DNA of 64,000 nt from Candidatus Omnitrophota bacterium. GTDB lineage: Bacteria; Omnitrophota; Gorgyraeia; Zapsychrales; Aceulaceae. Below, one piece after another: positions 1-15,000 of this stretch. The stretch is from NCBI GenBank assembly GCA_029564765.1, contig JAKQPK010000029.1, forward strand, positions 119-64,118. The letters run 5' to 3'. Under the pieces are notes generated by a model. It did no database searches. It saw only the letters and a list, made by a program, of their open reading frames with translations, and was not told the origin of the DNA. Each line of letters opens with the position of its first letter. Within the stretch, counting starts at the first letter, position 1. The position numbers and the translations under genes are program-made.

Positions 1-1
1 T

Positions 2-3000
2 CCTACTTTCACAGCGCCTGAAACACCTTTTGTACCTACATTTGAAACACCTGTTATGCCTGCTGAACCGGTTATGCCGATGATGCCGGTCATTAACTTT
101 ACGATGCCGCTTTCCTTTAATAATACAAGCCCCGGATTAAGCGTGACATCACAAAATTCGAACCCTGAGAGCGGGTGGACTACTCCGTTATACGCCTTCG
201 TTTATCCAAATAATAGTCAACCCAATACTGACAGTGGCAAAGACAGTCATAATAAACCAAATCAAGAGGCCATTCCGCTCTCAGGGCCTCAATTACCAGC
301 TGTTCCTGTGTCTGAGATGCCAACTCCGACAAGTTCTGGCTCTAAACCTAAGGCACCTCAACATTTGGTAGTCGCGTTTGTCAATAATTCTCATGTAGAT
401 AAGGCAGCCATACTGCAAACCAGCGCGCCGGTAAGGACATTTGAAGGTGTAGAGTTTAAGGTTGCTGTTGCCAAAGACACCAGTACGCGCGGCTTGACGT
501 CTGGCTTGTCCCCAGGTATCAACATGCCGTCGTCCACTCCCGCAGTGGATCAGACGGTGAGAGGAATAGTTAGAGCGGGAACAATAGCTACGGATGCTGC
601 TTTGAGAGTTAGAGCTCTTTCTCTCTCTGCCGCAATAGAAGAAATAAGAGCAAAGGTTGTACAAAGCGTTAACTTGATCTCTGTAAAATCTGTCAAGTTA
701 GTGGTGCGTGGGGTGCGCGCTCTTCAGATCACCCTCAGCCAGGCCCAATTCGCCTTGTTGTTCGAATTAGGGGAAATTGGGACGTCTCGATTACCTTTGT
801 TTGTAGGTCGAGGAAAATCGAGTCAGGCCAAAGCTGCTCTCGTTAAGAGAGAAACAGGCTTGAATAGCTCTTTGAATTCAAGGTTTGCAGGTGTTTTGCA
901 AAACTTAGCTTCCTTGAAAGGTGTTATTAAGGAAAGCGGAATTCACTTCGATCTCCTTAGCGTTATTCGAGGAAAATCGGAGCTGATTTCTGGATTCAAA
1001 GCTTTTGCTCTTTGGATAGTAATGTCGCTACAGGAAGTGCTGACTGCAAATGAAGCTTATGCAAGCGAGTTTGTGTTCGCAGAGTCTAGCGTTTCCGGTG
1101 CTTTGGAAGGTGCGTCTGTCGCAAAGACTGCCAAGACAGCTAAGAATGTGTCCAGCAATGTCTATAGACAGGCCAGATCTAGCGTGTCCAGTGCTGTTGT
1201 GGGCCGCGAGACTGTCGCATCCTCTGTATTAGAGGCCGGGTTTGCTAGAAACGATGCCAATATGAGCTCTGTTGGCTTAAGTGACAGACGTTCTGTGATT
1301 GCAGAAATTGGCGTTTCCGGTGCTTTAGAGAGTGTGTCTGTCGCGAAGACTGTTGAAACAGCCGAAACTGTGGCTGTGAAGACTGTGCCGCAGACCAGAT
1401 CAAGCGAGACTGCGTTGGTTGCAGACCGTGTGATCGCGAAAGCCTTTGTATTAGAGAATGCCGGTGCCAAGAATGTGTCTACAGAGTCTGGGCTTAATAC
1501 AACAATTGTTTATGCTCCGTCTGCAGAATTTGGCGTTTCTGGTGTGTCGCAAGGTGTGTCTTCGCTCAAAGCTGCCTCAGCGGTTGTCAACGCCGGTGCT
1601 AGCTTTAAGGAAGAGACCGTAGAGAGTGTTTCCGCGGCGCTCGTTAGCCGTAGAGATGCTAACTCTGTATCAAACGACTACTCCAGAGGCGTACGATCTG
1701 TAAATGTAGGGTCTGTGAGAGAGCCTGCGTTTGCAGAAATTGGCGTTTCCAGTGCTGTAGAAGGTGTGTCTTCTGAAAACAGATTCAGAGCCCTTGCAGT
1801 CAAGGCACAGAATGCCTTAGAGAACGCAAGACGCTACGCTGAGTCTTTAAATAGGAAGACGACTGCATTACTAAACAAAGTTGTCAGAGCGCAAAGAGAA
1901 TTTGAGCCTCAGGCCGAACAAAGCAATATTGGTGCACGCTTGGTCGGAATCCTCATTCCGACATTTGTCATAGCGCAGATCATCACCCATTTGCTTCCGT
2001 CGACAGGTCTGGCCCAAAATACCCTCTATATCGCTGGCGCAACGGTTAGCTTGACCGACTTTATCGCTCTAACTGGCTTAATGTTAGGATTGGTTAGGAA
2101 TTTACCGTTCACATTTGTGTTCGGATTCTTCCACATATTCCAGAACTATGTGACAGACGACATAGGATTTTTAGGCACATTTGCCACCAATTATGGCAAC
2201 AACATCCTCTTCGATGTTCCTTATTATACCGCGATGCTGATCATGCCCATCGAGATCACTGCCTGGATCATGAAGATAGCCGAGAAAAAAGATTTTGTTG
2301 CGGCCAGCAAGATGACCCGAAAAGCGATCTTAAGGTTTGTTGCCGCTATTTTCGTTCTTCTTTCTATCCAAGAAGCTTTAAGCGATCAGGTCACTCCGCT
2401 TTATCAGGCCATTCGCGAAAACATGCAACCCGGCAGTGAATATAATGCCCGCGTTCTGACCCGCGATTGGTGGGATATCGCCGCTTACTTTGCTGGAGCT
2501 GTTTGGTTCTACGCCTTCATGGATTGGTTCAAGCGTAAAACATACAACATTTCTCATGTGGAGAAGATTGAAAAGATGTTCGCCTTAGAAGAAGATGACG
2601 CCATTAATCCTTCGAAAGGCAGCGAGAATAGAATGAAGAATTCAAGAACAAGCAACAAAGCAAACGGCACTTCCAGCGCGATCAGCAACAAGGCTTCTTC
2701 CAACAACGTTCAAGATAAATTAGACGATATTCAGCAGAGAATGGAAAATTTTCAGGACGCTATTGAGGCTACTGGCTTAACGGCGAAAGTCGCTCGCTTG
2801 CAATACGCTATCTCTCTGGTTGAAAAAAGAATTAACGCTGCGCTCAAAGAGCACATGTCTTTAGAAACATCTTTTGATGCTTTGTGGGCTCAGAAAAATA
2901 ATGTTTCAGGTAGAAAAGAACGCATTCGTTTTGTTCAGAAAGCCAGATCGATCCATCAACAAAAGATCGCGGCTGAAAAGAAATTGGCTGATTTGATCTC

Positions 3001-6000
3001 CAAGAAAGAAGACTTTGAAAATCAAGCGGCTGATCTTCAAGAACAGATCTTCGGCTTCGCCGAACAGCACGAAGATTTCGTCAGCGAAGAAGATCGCTCT
3101 TTTGCCTACACCGTTTCTGTCTACAACAACGAAGTTGCCGGCAAGTGGTATTTCACCCGCGTTGCCAAGATCAAGAGATTGGCTGAGATCATCCGCGTGG
3201 CTTACAACGAGCTTTTGGCCAAGAGAGCAGGTGAGTGGCAGCAAGCTGGCGTTGCGACAATTTATGCCGATAGATTGTTAGGCGATGTCGTCAGCCGCGA
3301 GACCATGAGCGATATTTACGCCGCGACCATTTTAAAGAACGCAGGAGACCTATCTAACCTTAGCGCAGAAGTCGCTCAATTTGAAACCGTTGTCGCCATG
3401 ACGCTTGCTTCTAAGAATGTTTCCCGCAAGGCCAAAAAGCATTTCTTGAAGAATATTGAAGACGCTCTTAATTCACGACTTGGACAGGAATCTTTCAAGC
3501 TTGCCCGCAATGTAGCGATCGTTGTGATCGCGGTCGTTGTTGGCGGTCTTCTCTTATCAACATCAGCCTTCGCGCAAACAGCAACTACCACCAACAATGT
3601 CAACCTTGACCAGGCAGACACTCTTCAAGGTCTGTCCTTCAGCCATTCCTTTATCGGCGATACCACAAATGGCTATTATGCTCCGGTTGGTAAGTGGACA
3701 TCAAGGAATCCTGGCCAGAATACTTTAAGCGGTATCGTGATGGACGCGCAAAGCATTGGATTGATCCCGCAAGGCAATGTCATGAAGTATGTTGAAATTG
3801 TTGCCAAAGACAATCACATCAGAAATCCCAATGTTATCCGCGTTGGACAGAAGATCTGGATCCGATACGCCTTAGCAACGCTTACATCCGTGGTCCCGGC
3901 GCCAAGCAACAGGGTGCCGGTGAACAACAACGTGCCGGTCGAACAAAAAGTTGAGCAAGTTGTCCCTTCTGTTGTCAACGACACGATCGGCGCGGCAACA
4001 ACAACATTCGTCGTCACCGCTGACACGCTTGCACGAGCTGCTCAACCCACAACAGAAACAGCCGTTGTTAAGGCTGATGTAACATCTGTTCAGGCCCAGG
4101 CACCGCCGGTAGGATATACAGAAACGCGTGTCTCCCTCCAGGGTTATCAGATGTTCGTCAATGATTCCTCTTACTTTATCCGCGGTGTTACAGTTGATGA
4201 AAACTTCTCCATTAGCGATATCCACTATGTTCAAGCCTTAGGCGCCAATACTGTTCGTACGTACCAAGCGTATCCTTCTATCTTTAACAAGGCTACCTTA
4301 GATAGCTTAGCCAAGAGCGGTATTCGCGTGATCGTTGGCATCCCTGCCGATGCCGGTAGCGGTGCTCGTGTCAATATTAAAGACGGTACCTACAAAGACT
4401 TTATCCGTCAATACGGCAGTCATCCAGCTGTTTTAATGATCGAGTTCGGCAACGAGTACAATTATCATCCGGAATGGTTTAACAACAATATTAACAACTG
4501 GTACAGCATGCTGGAAAAGGCTGCTTCTGAAACAAAGAAGATCAATTCTAAGATCATTGTCGCTACAGCCCACGGTGAAGTACCGACATTTGATGTTGTT
4601 CAAAAAGTTCCTTCTGTGGATGTCTGGGGCTTAAACGTTTACCGCGGCACAAGCTTCGGCACATTGTTCCAGCAATGGGTGAACTTGACAACGCAACTAA
4701 ACCGCCCGATGCCGATGTATCTCGCTGAATATGGCTTTGATTCCCACAGATATGCTGAAGAAGGTCAGGCCAATGGCATTATGAGCTTGGCTCAAGAGCT
4801 TGAGAACAATAAAGATAAGGTCATCGGCGGAACAGCGATGAGCTTTAAGGATAACCGTAACAAGGGAAGCGAAGACGAAAATAGTTATGGTTTCTATACG
4901 ATTGATTTTAATGATCAGGTCAGCGGCGCTAAACAGGTTGTAGAAATTATTTCCAAGATTTGGGGCGGCAAGGGAGAGGTAGCAGTATTAACACAGCGAC
5001 AATTATTCCGCCAAGAAACAGAAGCAAAGGCCAAAGCCGCTGAAATGAGTATCGCCCAGTTCGACAGCACTGCCGCTGTTCGTGATTCGCTGCGCATCGA
5101 TTCGTTACAGCTTGTTAGCAAAAAAGACCTTGTTGATGCTCAGATCAACGCGCTCGCCGGCAATCCTGACAGTGTACTAAACGACCTAAGGCAGGTCTAT
5201 AGATATACAGGCGCTAGCAAGAACTTTGCTTGGCCGCTGACATTAAGCGCTGGCTACAACTACAACACAGGAAGCTTGATCAGCGTACCGTTTACCAAGA
5301 ATGGATTAGGGACCGTAAACCTTAGCATTAACAACGCGTTTGGCAATAGTATTAACTTCCTACAGCAAACAACAGGTCTTATGAACACAACGCTAACCGG
5401 TACAGCTTTGGAGATCGGAGTCGGTTATGTGGCGTATCTGCATGCTGCCATGGAGCTTCGCAACAGCATCATTTCAGCCGCGCATCAAGGTGATGGCGCC
5501 CTCGTCACAGGCCGCCGTATCAATGGCGCTCCTGTCTTAAGACCGGTCTTTTCTAAAACACATTACATGTATGAAAACAAGATCATTACCGATACCAACG
5601 ATGTCAATTCTTTTGCAGAAAGAAAAGACCGCTCCCACGTTTCCTTTAGGCCAGGACAATTCCTCTTTAATGATGTGATGCGCAAATATGTTCCCGAAGT
5701 CATTACCGGCATTACAGATGAAGTTTTCGCGCTGCCATTTGACATGAGTAAAGATTTTAATCTAACCGATTCTGCAAAGACAATGAAGGCAAAAACAGGT
5801 GTTCAGACCTTCTTCAGCGGACTCGTCAATAAAACTTTAGGATATGACCCTGCGATCGTTCCTGCTTACGCAAAGCCAAAATACGACGTCTGGGCCGTGA
5901 TCGGAGATAAGGAGCATGCGTTCGTCTATGACAGCGCCTTAACTTGCATGAACCCGAACCTGTATTACGTTATCGCGCGTGATAGCATCTACGCTGTCGG

Positions 6001-9000
6001 CTATGTGATCGATCTTCAAGATCCTATGCATCCTGTCGTTAAGGAATACTTCCGCACCCCTCGTTTCATTGACAGCTTGGACCGCACATTCTTTATCGAT
6101 TACAACCTTTGGTTAGAGCCAAAACAAGCCTACATCGTTCCAACCGGTTGGATGATCCAGAATCTGATCGATGCTTACAGTGTTCGCTCCAGCAAGCAGG
6201 CGATCGTTGCCGCTCAAGATCCTCGCAGTGGAAAAATTCTTAACACATATCATTTATCCCAATCCCCGTCTATTGAGCATCGCCCTGTTTATATGAAAAA
6301 AGGAACCATTGCTTATCAAGATTCTATTGTGATGGCACCTGTCTTTACGGATACGATCTTAGGTTCTTGGCCGAACGGACAGCCTATTTATCCTAACGCG
6401 ATCTTTAGCGAAAGCTGTGCCGCGATGAGTTATTTCTTCTATCGTCAGTCCGATGCCGCCACATGGAATGACCTGCAAGGTGATGTGATCGACCTTGCAA
6501 CAGGCAAAGCCACGCCAGTCATGGCTCATGATACAGTGACCTTTAAAGTGTTGCCTGGCGACCTAACGATCAAGACATTTGCTCAGGACACCATTCTACC
6601 TGCTGGATTCAAGGTCGCTTATCTTAACAACGATACGGCCATGAGCATTTTTGTTGCCAAACCTGTTGATATGCCCCAACCGCCGCTGGCACGCTTATTC
6701 ATCTATCCGGCAGGGCAGCAATACATTTATGATTCCGTTGAATTACGCAATCTTAACACTTATACCTTGAATGGTGTGACATATAAGCAGTTTGAGAATG
6801 GCCAGATCGCGCTTGTTGATTACAGCCCTAACGCCCAACGCCTTGACCTGCGTCACGTCAACGCTACGGTTATTTATGAAGATGGCACGATCAAGAACTT
6901 CACTAACGACAGCATTCCTGTCAATGTAAGCAAGAAAGAGATCCCTGTGGCTAAAGGGGAAGTGCCTTTAAGCGTTTCCATTCAGAATATTCCTGGCGAT
7001 CGTTTCGCGCAGCTGTCAGAAGCTTTAAATGTTTTAGGCATTCCAGGCGCTGACAGCATTGTCAATGACTTAAGACAAAAAGCTTTGGCTTTCGAACAAA
7101 GCACAGCTGCCTTGAGCCGCGAAAGCAACAATCTTCGCAACGCCGCCTTACAACGCGAGCAAGCCTATCAAATTTCCCGCGGCCTCAACCTCTTTACTCA
7201 AGGTCTTTATAAGATTGTCCAGTCCCTGGAAGAGCACAATACTAAGATCGACAACAAAGAGCTCCTTTATAGCTGGTTACGTCAGATATCTTTTGACATG
7301 GTTGCCGGATCTTTAGATCCTCAAGCAGATGCCAACGCCTTTTACAATACGATCATTGAAAGAATGAAAGAAAGCACTCCAGAAGATGTCATGTTCAATT
7401 CACAAGATTCAGTTTTCTTAAACGGCAAGAGCCTTTTCGCTTATTGGAAAGATATGGTTTTGGGTGCTGGCAACACAAAGATCGCTGACATGGACTCTCT
7501 TAATATCAAGTCTTTAATCACAGTCGCTGACGCGAACTCCCAGCTTGCTATTTTGCAAGGTATTGGCCAGCCAGTAACAGATCCTTATGGTATGGCTGTG
7601 AACGTCCCTTACGCGATCACACAGCAAGATACCGCTCAAACAGCCGCCAATGATCTTAATGGCATGATTACTTTGAACAATTACGACAGCCTCTTTAATT
7701 ATGTTCCTGCTGACCTGGCGGCAACGCTGCAGGCATGGAATTATTATTTGAGCCTTTATAATGATTCTATCCCTGTCTGGGACAGTATCTGGAATGCAAG
7801 GCTTCAACAGGCAACAGTGGCAGGCGATGCGGCGTGGATCAGCCTTTGCAACAACGCGATCGCGAACATTAATACCTTGAAGACCACCTTAGGCAATCCT
7901 AATGCCTCTGTACCGAATACCATGTTCTGGGCTTTATATCAGCTTCAGCTTCATTATAATGGTAATATTGTGCCGTTCTCAACACTCGCCAATATCTTTG
8001 CCTCTATTAATCAGCAAATGGCTAACTACTGGACAGCTCAGATCAGCCTTCTCAATCAAGGCGCTGCTTTGATTATCCCTAATTATTTAGGCCTCAACGC
8101 TGTAATTATTCCTTATTTTGCGTCTTATCCGATCGTAGACGATCCCAGCACGCCTAACGTTAACGAGGCTAAGTTTGATACAGGGGAAGACGATCCTACA
8201 ACACCTGTTGATGAATCCAAGATCTTTACAATTTCATTCATCAACCAGTATCTTTATGTTGACGACAATACACCCAATGCCCAATCAGTGATGGGTTACT
8301 TAGCCAGAATGGAAGGCTTTGTGGCTTGGTTAGAAGACATCTTGGCAGAACACACAGATCTCTGGCAAACACATCCTCAATATCAGCAGAATATCCAGAA
8401 TTTGATCACCGCTATCAAGAACGTCTGGGATCCTGATGCCGCAAACTATAGCTATTGGAGAGTTCACGGCATTCCAGAATTAGCCAAAGATTCTATCTTG
8501 CAAGCTGTGAATCAGTATGCAGAAAGCGGCGCCCAGATCGTTACTCGTAAAACAGATGCCCGCAACGCTCAAGTGACCGCGTATACAGACCTTGCCAATG
8601 CGGCCTTAGGATTTAAAGATTTCTTAGAGTTCTTCTACGATGCTGATAGCGGCAAGACAGCTGAATATGTCAGCTTCGCCGAAAAGCAGATCAAGCGTGC
8701 TTTAAAGACCGTTCGCCATTACAACTCATTTGCCAATCATCCTTTACGCAATCTTCTGCAGGCAGGCCAAACCGTAAATAGCAGCAGCAAAGATCACGCA
8801 AGACAAAAGGCTCGCCAAAACGCTTCTTATCAGCAGGCGGAAGTTCGATATGATCAGATCTTTGCCGCGTACGACAGCGCCTTCAGTATTTTTGCCAACG
8901 CCAAGAACGCTCATGAACAATTTGTTCTAAGTACGATCGACAGCTTGGGCCGCAAGGACAGCATTCAAGCCAAAGCCTTGATCCAGAACTATTTTGCCAA

Positions 9001-12000
9001 CATCAATATTGTTAAACCAGCCTTTATCATTAAAGGTGATCAGCTGATCTTTATCAAAGACGGCGAGCAGATCCCAATGGTTCGCGTCAATGGCCAAGCC
9101 CTCAGCAAATCTTCTGCTCAGTGGTCAGGCAACATTTCTGATATCTCAAAGATCAACGATGATAAAAAGTATGGCAACTTTACCGGCTTATCAGTATATG
9201 ACATCGTCAGGATGTCTAACGGCGCTGTGTCTATTGGCGCGCATGTCATCAACACACAAGCCATGGGCATCGAGAACCCTGCCGCGTTTAATCAGGTCCT
9301 CTTGTTCCAGGTCAGCGTTGATCCTAAGGAAGAGAATTGGGTATTTAATTTCGCGGGAGGCTCAAGCCAGAGATCGTTCTTTGAAGAGCAGTCCGGCAGC
9401 ACAGAAGAAAATCCGATCGGCGAAAATGTTCGCAAACAACACTATCTGATGATCTCTAATATAGGCTTTAGCTCTAAGGATGGGTCTTTCTGCGGCGCTG
9501 TCGCGGGTGTGGCTCAATTCTCGCTGGATGAGAAAAACAATGTCATCGGCGTGGTCATGGATCTGGATTATGAGATATCCAGACGTTTTGTTGCCACGTT
9601 TAATGGCGGCTTTGCCTACGGCAAGAAAGAAACAGATTATACCATCAACGTGATCGATCCTCTCACGGGCAACAGCTACGGCTCTTATCCTTATGTTCTA
9701 AAGTCCGAAGACCAATTTAACTTCCAGAATTTCACAGTTCACTTTAAGCCGCTTCAGGGCGACAACGCCAACAAGCTTGTTTTTGACCTTTCCTTTATCA
9801 ATGAAATTAAAGGTGTTAATGATGCTTGGGGTCAAGATCAAACAACAGCGCTTGCGGTTGGTGGCGGAACGACCTTAGGCCGTTTCCATTTTGAAGCAAA
9901 AACAACCATTACAGGAGAAAATCACCGTTACGGCGCTGTGGCTGGTGTCGCTTTAGATAAGGCCGGCACGTGCCACTTGAACGGCTTCTACAACTATATT
10001 GAAGGTGAGCAGGGCGCTGGCATCGGCTTTAACTGGGGTAATCATTTAAATGTCAGTGTTAAGACGAATTTCGATAAAGATCATCAACTTTCCGCGAACT
10101 TTGGGTACAAATTTGATAACGGCCTTGGCGCAGGCGCTCGCGTGATGCCCAGCAGCCAGAATTGGTTCGGCGCCGGCGTTTCTTATCCGATCCTCAATCT
10201 CTTCACCAAGAAAGCTCCTCAGGAGAGCAAGCTTGTCTCCCGGCCGTTCAGCGCGCGCGACGCTCAGATCGTCGGCGGCATCGTCAACGATACGATCAAA
10301 CCCGCTGAAGGATCCAAGAGCAATATTTTCAATGTTGAACTGCCTCAGTCTGTCGCTGCTGACAACGTTGTCCGCCAAGACGGCGTCAACGGAACTGTTG
10401 TTTGGGGTTTGCCGCCATATCAGAGAACGGCTGAAGGATTACGCGGCAACGGCCTTCTTCACACCTTTGACGGTTTGATGCCGCAAGTTTTGAAGGGCAA
10501 TATTTGGGACGGTAAACAAATCTGGACAATGAAAGGCATTACAGAGACTTTGATCGCGGACAGCCTTGGACATTTTAGACAGATGAACAACTTAGGGATC
10601 ACCAAAAAAGCTGACGGTTATTATTTCAAGACAGCCAACGGCACTCTTCAAAAAATTAGCGATCCTGACGGCTCAGCCTTGGTCGTCCTTCAGAATGTTG
10701 ATGAAAAGAACTATCGCGCAGACGTGGTTGGCGTTGTTGAGATCGGCCTTCGTTGGTTAGACTTAGAAGATGCTCTTCTTTCTGATCGTTTATATGTTGA
10801 TCGCCAGAACAACTACTACATTGTTAATGATGCTGCTCAGGCCCAGGAGGGATGGGAGCTTGTGGTCATGTTCGTTGAAGGCAATGACACTATCAATGGC
10901 CTTCCTTGGATCCCTGTTCGCAAAAGTGAATATTCCCCAGCTAATATTCGCGCAACTCAGAAATCCGGTTCTGGTTATTGGTGGCAAGATAAGAACGGGG
11001 ATAACCGTCAAGACCCTGTCAACGAGCCAACAGTACGCAAACCATGGAAGGTTACAGAGCGCAACAGTGAAGTTGAAGATCTTTTGATCAGAGGCTTTAA
11101 GCCGTATTATGAAGTTAAAATGATCGTTTCTGGGGAAAACAGGCGTATTTGGATGTCCGGAAGAGCTGTTGAAGATATTGATCAGACGTTCTACAGATCG
11201 CATCTTTTATTTATCGAGTACGATGCTTCCGCAAATGACGGCATCCGTCAGACATGGATCTCTTTGAGCGATCTCAATTCTGGAAGCAACCGTGCTTATT
11301 ATCAGAAGAAGATCTATGAAGAAGGCGCTATCTTGCAACAGATGGCTAAGAGTGGAGAGCAAGTTGCTCCTATCCGTTATTATTACCCCAACCAAATCTT
11401 TTCTAAGAGCAATATTTTAGATCTTAAGACCAACGTGACCCATGCAATGAACGCTCAGCTTGGCCAGGGAAGCTCTCTGTACAAGGTCGCTCGCATTGGC
11501 GATTACCGTATTAAAACCGTGGATGGTAAGGTTCAGCGATTCATTCTTTATCGCAATACAAGCTTCAATGGCGCGATCGTTGGCTATACCGCAACTGATG
11601 CTTGGGGCAAGGTCGTGGCGGAGTTTATGATGAAGAACGGCAACATGATCAAGGCTATTGTGAGCTTGGGTGAAAAAGCCTCTATCTTGAGCCAGCAGAT
11701 CCGCAGAGATTACGACCTTAAGGGTTTTGAAAAAGTTTCCCGTCTTTATGATCATTTTGATAACAAAGCCGCTGGAAATTATAATTTAAGCCACCAAGCA
11801 GGCTGGGCTGTGAATTGTGGAGAATACAATTTAAGGCTTTTAGATGGGCGGATCATTCCCTTTAATCTTATCAAACAGATTTCCATGAATGGTAGCTTGC
11901 AAAGAATGTTCGGTATCCAAAAAAATAATGAAGAGATCACGATCACTTGCGATGGTTCTGTTTTCCGTGTTGATCGCCAGAATGGCTCCGATTCTTATAT

Positions 12001-15000
12001 CGTAAGTTTTGATGGTAATAAGACGTATACCGTAGAATACAAGACGGCTGAAGGCCAAACAGTTTCTTTCGCGAGCCTTCCTAATAATTGGTCTTCAACA
12101 ATGCGCAATGTTTTTGCTCAAATTGCCAGAATACAACCACAGGCAAAGATTTACAATCCTGCTCAGCTAACTTGGCTAAGAGTAACGCGATTTGATAGCC
12201 AGCGTAATGAAGCTTTCCGCTATTATCATGCTTTTGCCGGCAACTTCAGTGAAGCATTAATTGAGCTCAACCATAGCCTTACAAAAGGATATGTGATCGT
12301 TAACATCGGACAAGGTTATGATCAGAGAGTCAACGATAGTACGGTGTATCATTGGCAAGGCCGTCAGATCTATTCATTTGAAATGACACCTAATGGATTA
12401 AAGGTCCTTTTGGAAAAATATGAAGCAGTTTCCGCACAGCAAAGCATTCTCGTTGACCTAAGAACGATCAACGATGGGAAGAAGGGTGCCATCGTTCGAT
12501 GGACAAACAAGCCTAGATCAGATGATGCTTTTGGCGATGCTTTTTATCAAAGCATTATTCAAAATTATAAACAGAAAGAAGGATTTTTGCCGATCGACTT
12601 CAATCGTGTTTATGATGCCAGAACCCTTGTTGAAAGCCTTTCTAATATCTCGTGGGATGCCTATATCGAAGTCCGTCAGACCGCCGATGGATATGAACAA
12701 AGATTAACCTATGAAGCTGATCCTTTGACCGGAGAAAAGGCCAGATCAGGAAATCTTATCGGCCTTCAGATCGTTTTAGATAATGAGCAGTGCGGCGTTA
12801 TCAACAGCGTTTACCGCGACATCTTGAATATTAACCTTCGCTACCATGAGCGATGGGCTGGCTTTGCTCCTGTTAAGCTTGATCGCTATGATAGGCGCTA
12901 TGGCCACATTGTTGAATCCAAAGAGGGCATCTTTGTTTTGCCAGCAGATTTCCGCACCAATACAGAATTCTTTAAAAATATCACAGAAAAGAACTACAAC
13001 TATCGTGTTGTGAATTCCTATGATCAGGATTATCAAATTTTAAAGAGCAGCATTGTTTATATTCGTCCTCAGGTCAATATGGAATGGGTGAAGGCTTGGG
13101 ATTTAGTTGTTGAAGACGAGATCGCAGCCGGCAATATCCAAAAAGTCAACATTGCCATGTTATTGAAGCAAGGCGAGATCAGAGACGCCTTACAAAAAAT
13201 CTATGCGCGACAGGGTGCTTATGGCGTTGATCTTTCAACAGTATTTATTCCATCAATCGTGACGACCATCGATGGCGTTGTGACAACTGATTACCGTATC
13301 CCTCATGATTATCAGGCAAGAAAGATCATCAGTGTTCGCGAAGAAGGCGGACGTATCTTAGAGATCATTGTTGCCAGTCAGTTTGATCCCAAAACAGGAG
13401 AGGTTATCAAATCATTCTCAGTAACGCCGAATTATAAGATCCGCGGTGTTTATGAGTCCTTGGAAGAGAACGCTGAGGATTATCGCCAAGGATTGGCTCA
13501 GCATACTGTCCAAGGCCTTATTGACAACGGCATCATGAAAGCATATAGCAAGAAGTCGAAAGAATTTTTGAATGTTCAGAATGCGAACATCTGGAACGAT
13601 CTTGCCAGGATCGGTGTCGCGCCTAAAACGCGTCCGATCGTTGTTCGGTTCACGCCACGTTTACTTTTAACAGACAAAGACGGAACCACAGACTACACAA
13701 CAAAAACAGGTCGTCCTACATATCAATATCTGCAGCCCAACGATGCTCGTGGTCGCTCGCTGGCTATCGCCTATCCAGATGGTAATTTAGAGCTTAATTT
13801 CTGGTGGATGGAAGCTGAAACAAAACATGTTACAAACGGCAACCAACACGAAGTTTATATGAGGCCTGGGATCCTTCCTGGCCACATGCTTATTGGTGAG
13901 GATGGTAAATTTAAAGCTTTTGAGATTTATAAAGGCGTTCGCCCTGAAGTCTCACAGAACAATGACATTAGCTGGCAAGACCAGCAAGAGAATGTCTTTG
14001 TTATGTCCCGAAGCGAAGACCAGCGCTTTGTTTTGACTGTTACGACACCTGGTAAAGATACTATTTCAATGAAGGGCAATGAATATCATGTTCTCGGTGA
14101 ACCTTATCGTCGCGAGATCGTTTTCTCAGCCGCTGGACAGCTCTTAGCTGAAAAATATTCCTTTATGCGCATGCAAGTTATGAAGGAAAACTTTGGCGTT
14201 GCCGTCAAGGATGTTGAAACAACCCTTTACGACATCACGTCTAATTATCGTAAACCGGTCGTTTCTTTCTTGGATGACGGAACGATCACAAAAGATTACT
14301 TGAAGATCGTATTTAGCATTGAAGAGAAGAACGGCATTTATTATCAGAGGACAATAGTCCTTGTCAATGAAACTGAAGGATTGGATGTGTCTAAGATCAA
14401 TCTTCAAGAATATTCTTATCTTGATGGCAAGATGGTGAACAAGGAACGCCCGAGCTTATTCATGTCTTGGCTCGAGAAAGCTGCTGCTTGGCGTAATATT
14501 GGTCTAGTTTTATTTGGCTATATTTTTGGAACGTTGGCCTTAGGCAAGATACTGGCCTGGATCGGGCAAGCTATGAGAGCCCGCCGTTCACGCCGCCAAG
14601 GCTTAGATGAAGTAGTTCTACAGCTTTCAAAAGAAACAATTCAGAAGATCTTAGATGAAGTACAGGCTTATTCAGATTATGGCTTCCAGATCGGTGTTGT
14701 TAAGGTTGTGAAAGAGCAGCTAGTTGCCTTATTGAATCGCAGACTAAGCGCTGGCGAGAAATTAAGCGACATCACAACTGAATATTTCTCTCGATTTAAG
14801 AATGTTTGGTTTACGCCTGTGATGAAGAAAGTTTTAAGCGCAGAGGAGTTCAAGATTTGGATCGAAAGAATTGATCAGTTCGGTGTCCATGAGATCTATA
14901 TCTATATGCTCACAAACACAGCTGGCGGCAAGCTGGCGAACGTTACCGCATCTGTTGATTTCTTTAATTTCTATAGAGGGGTTAAGCTTCTTCGAAGCGG

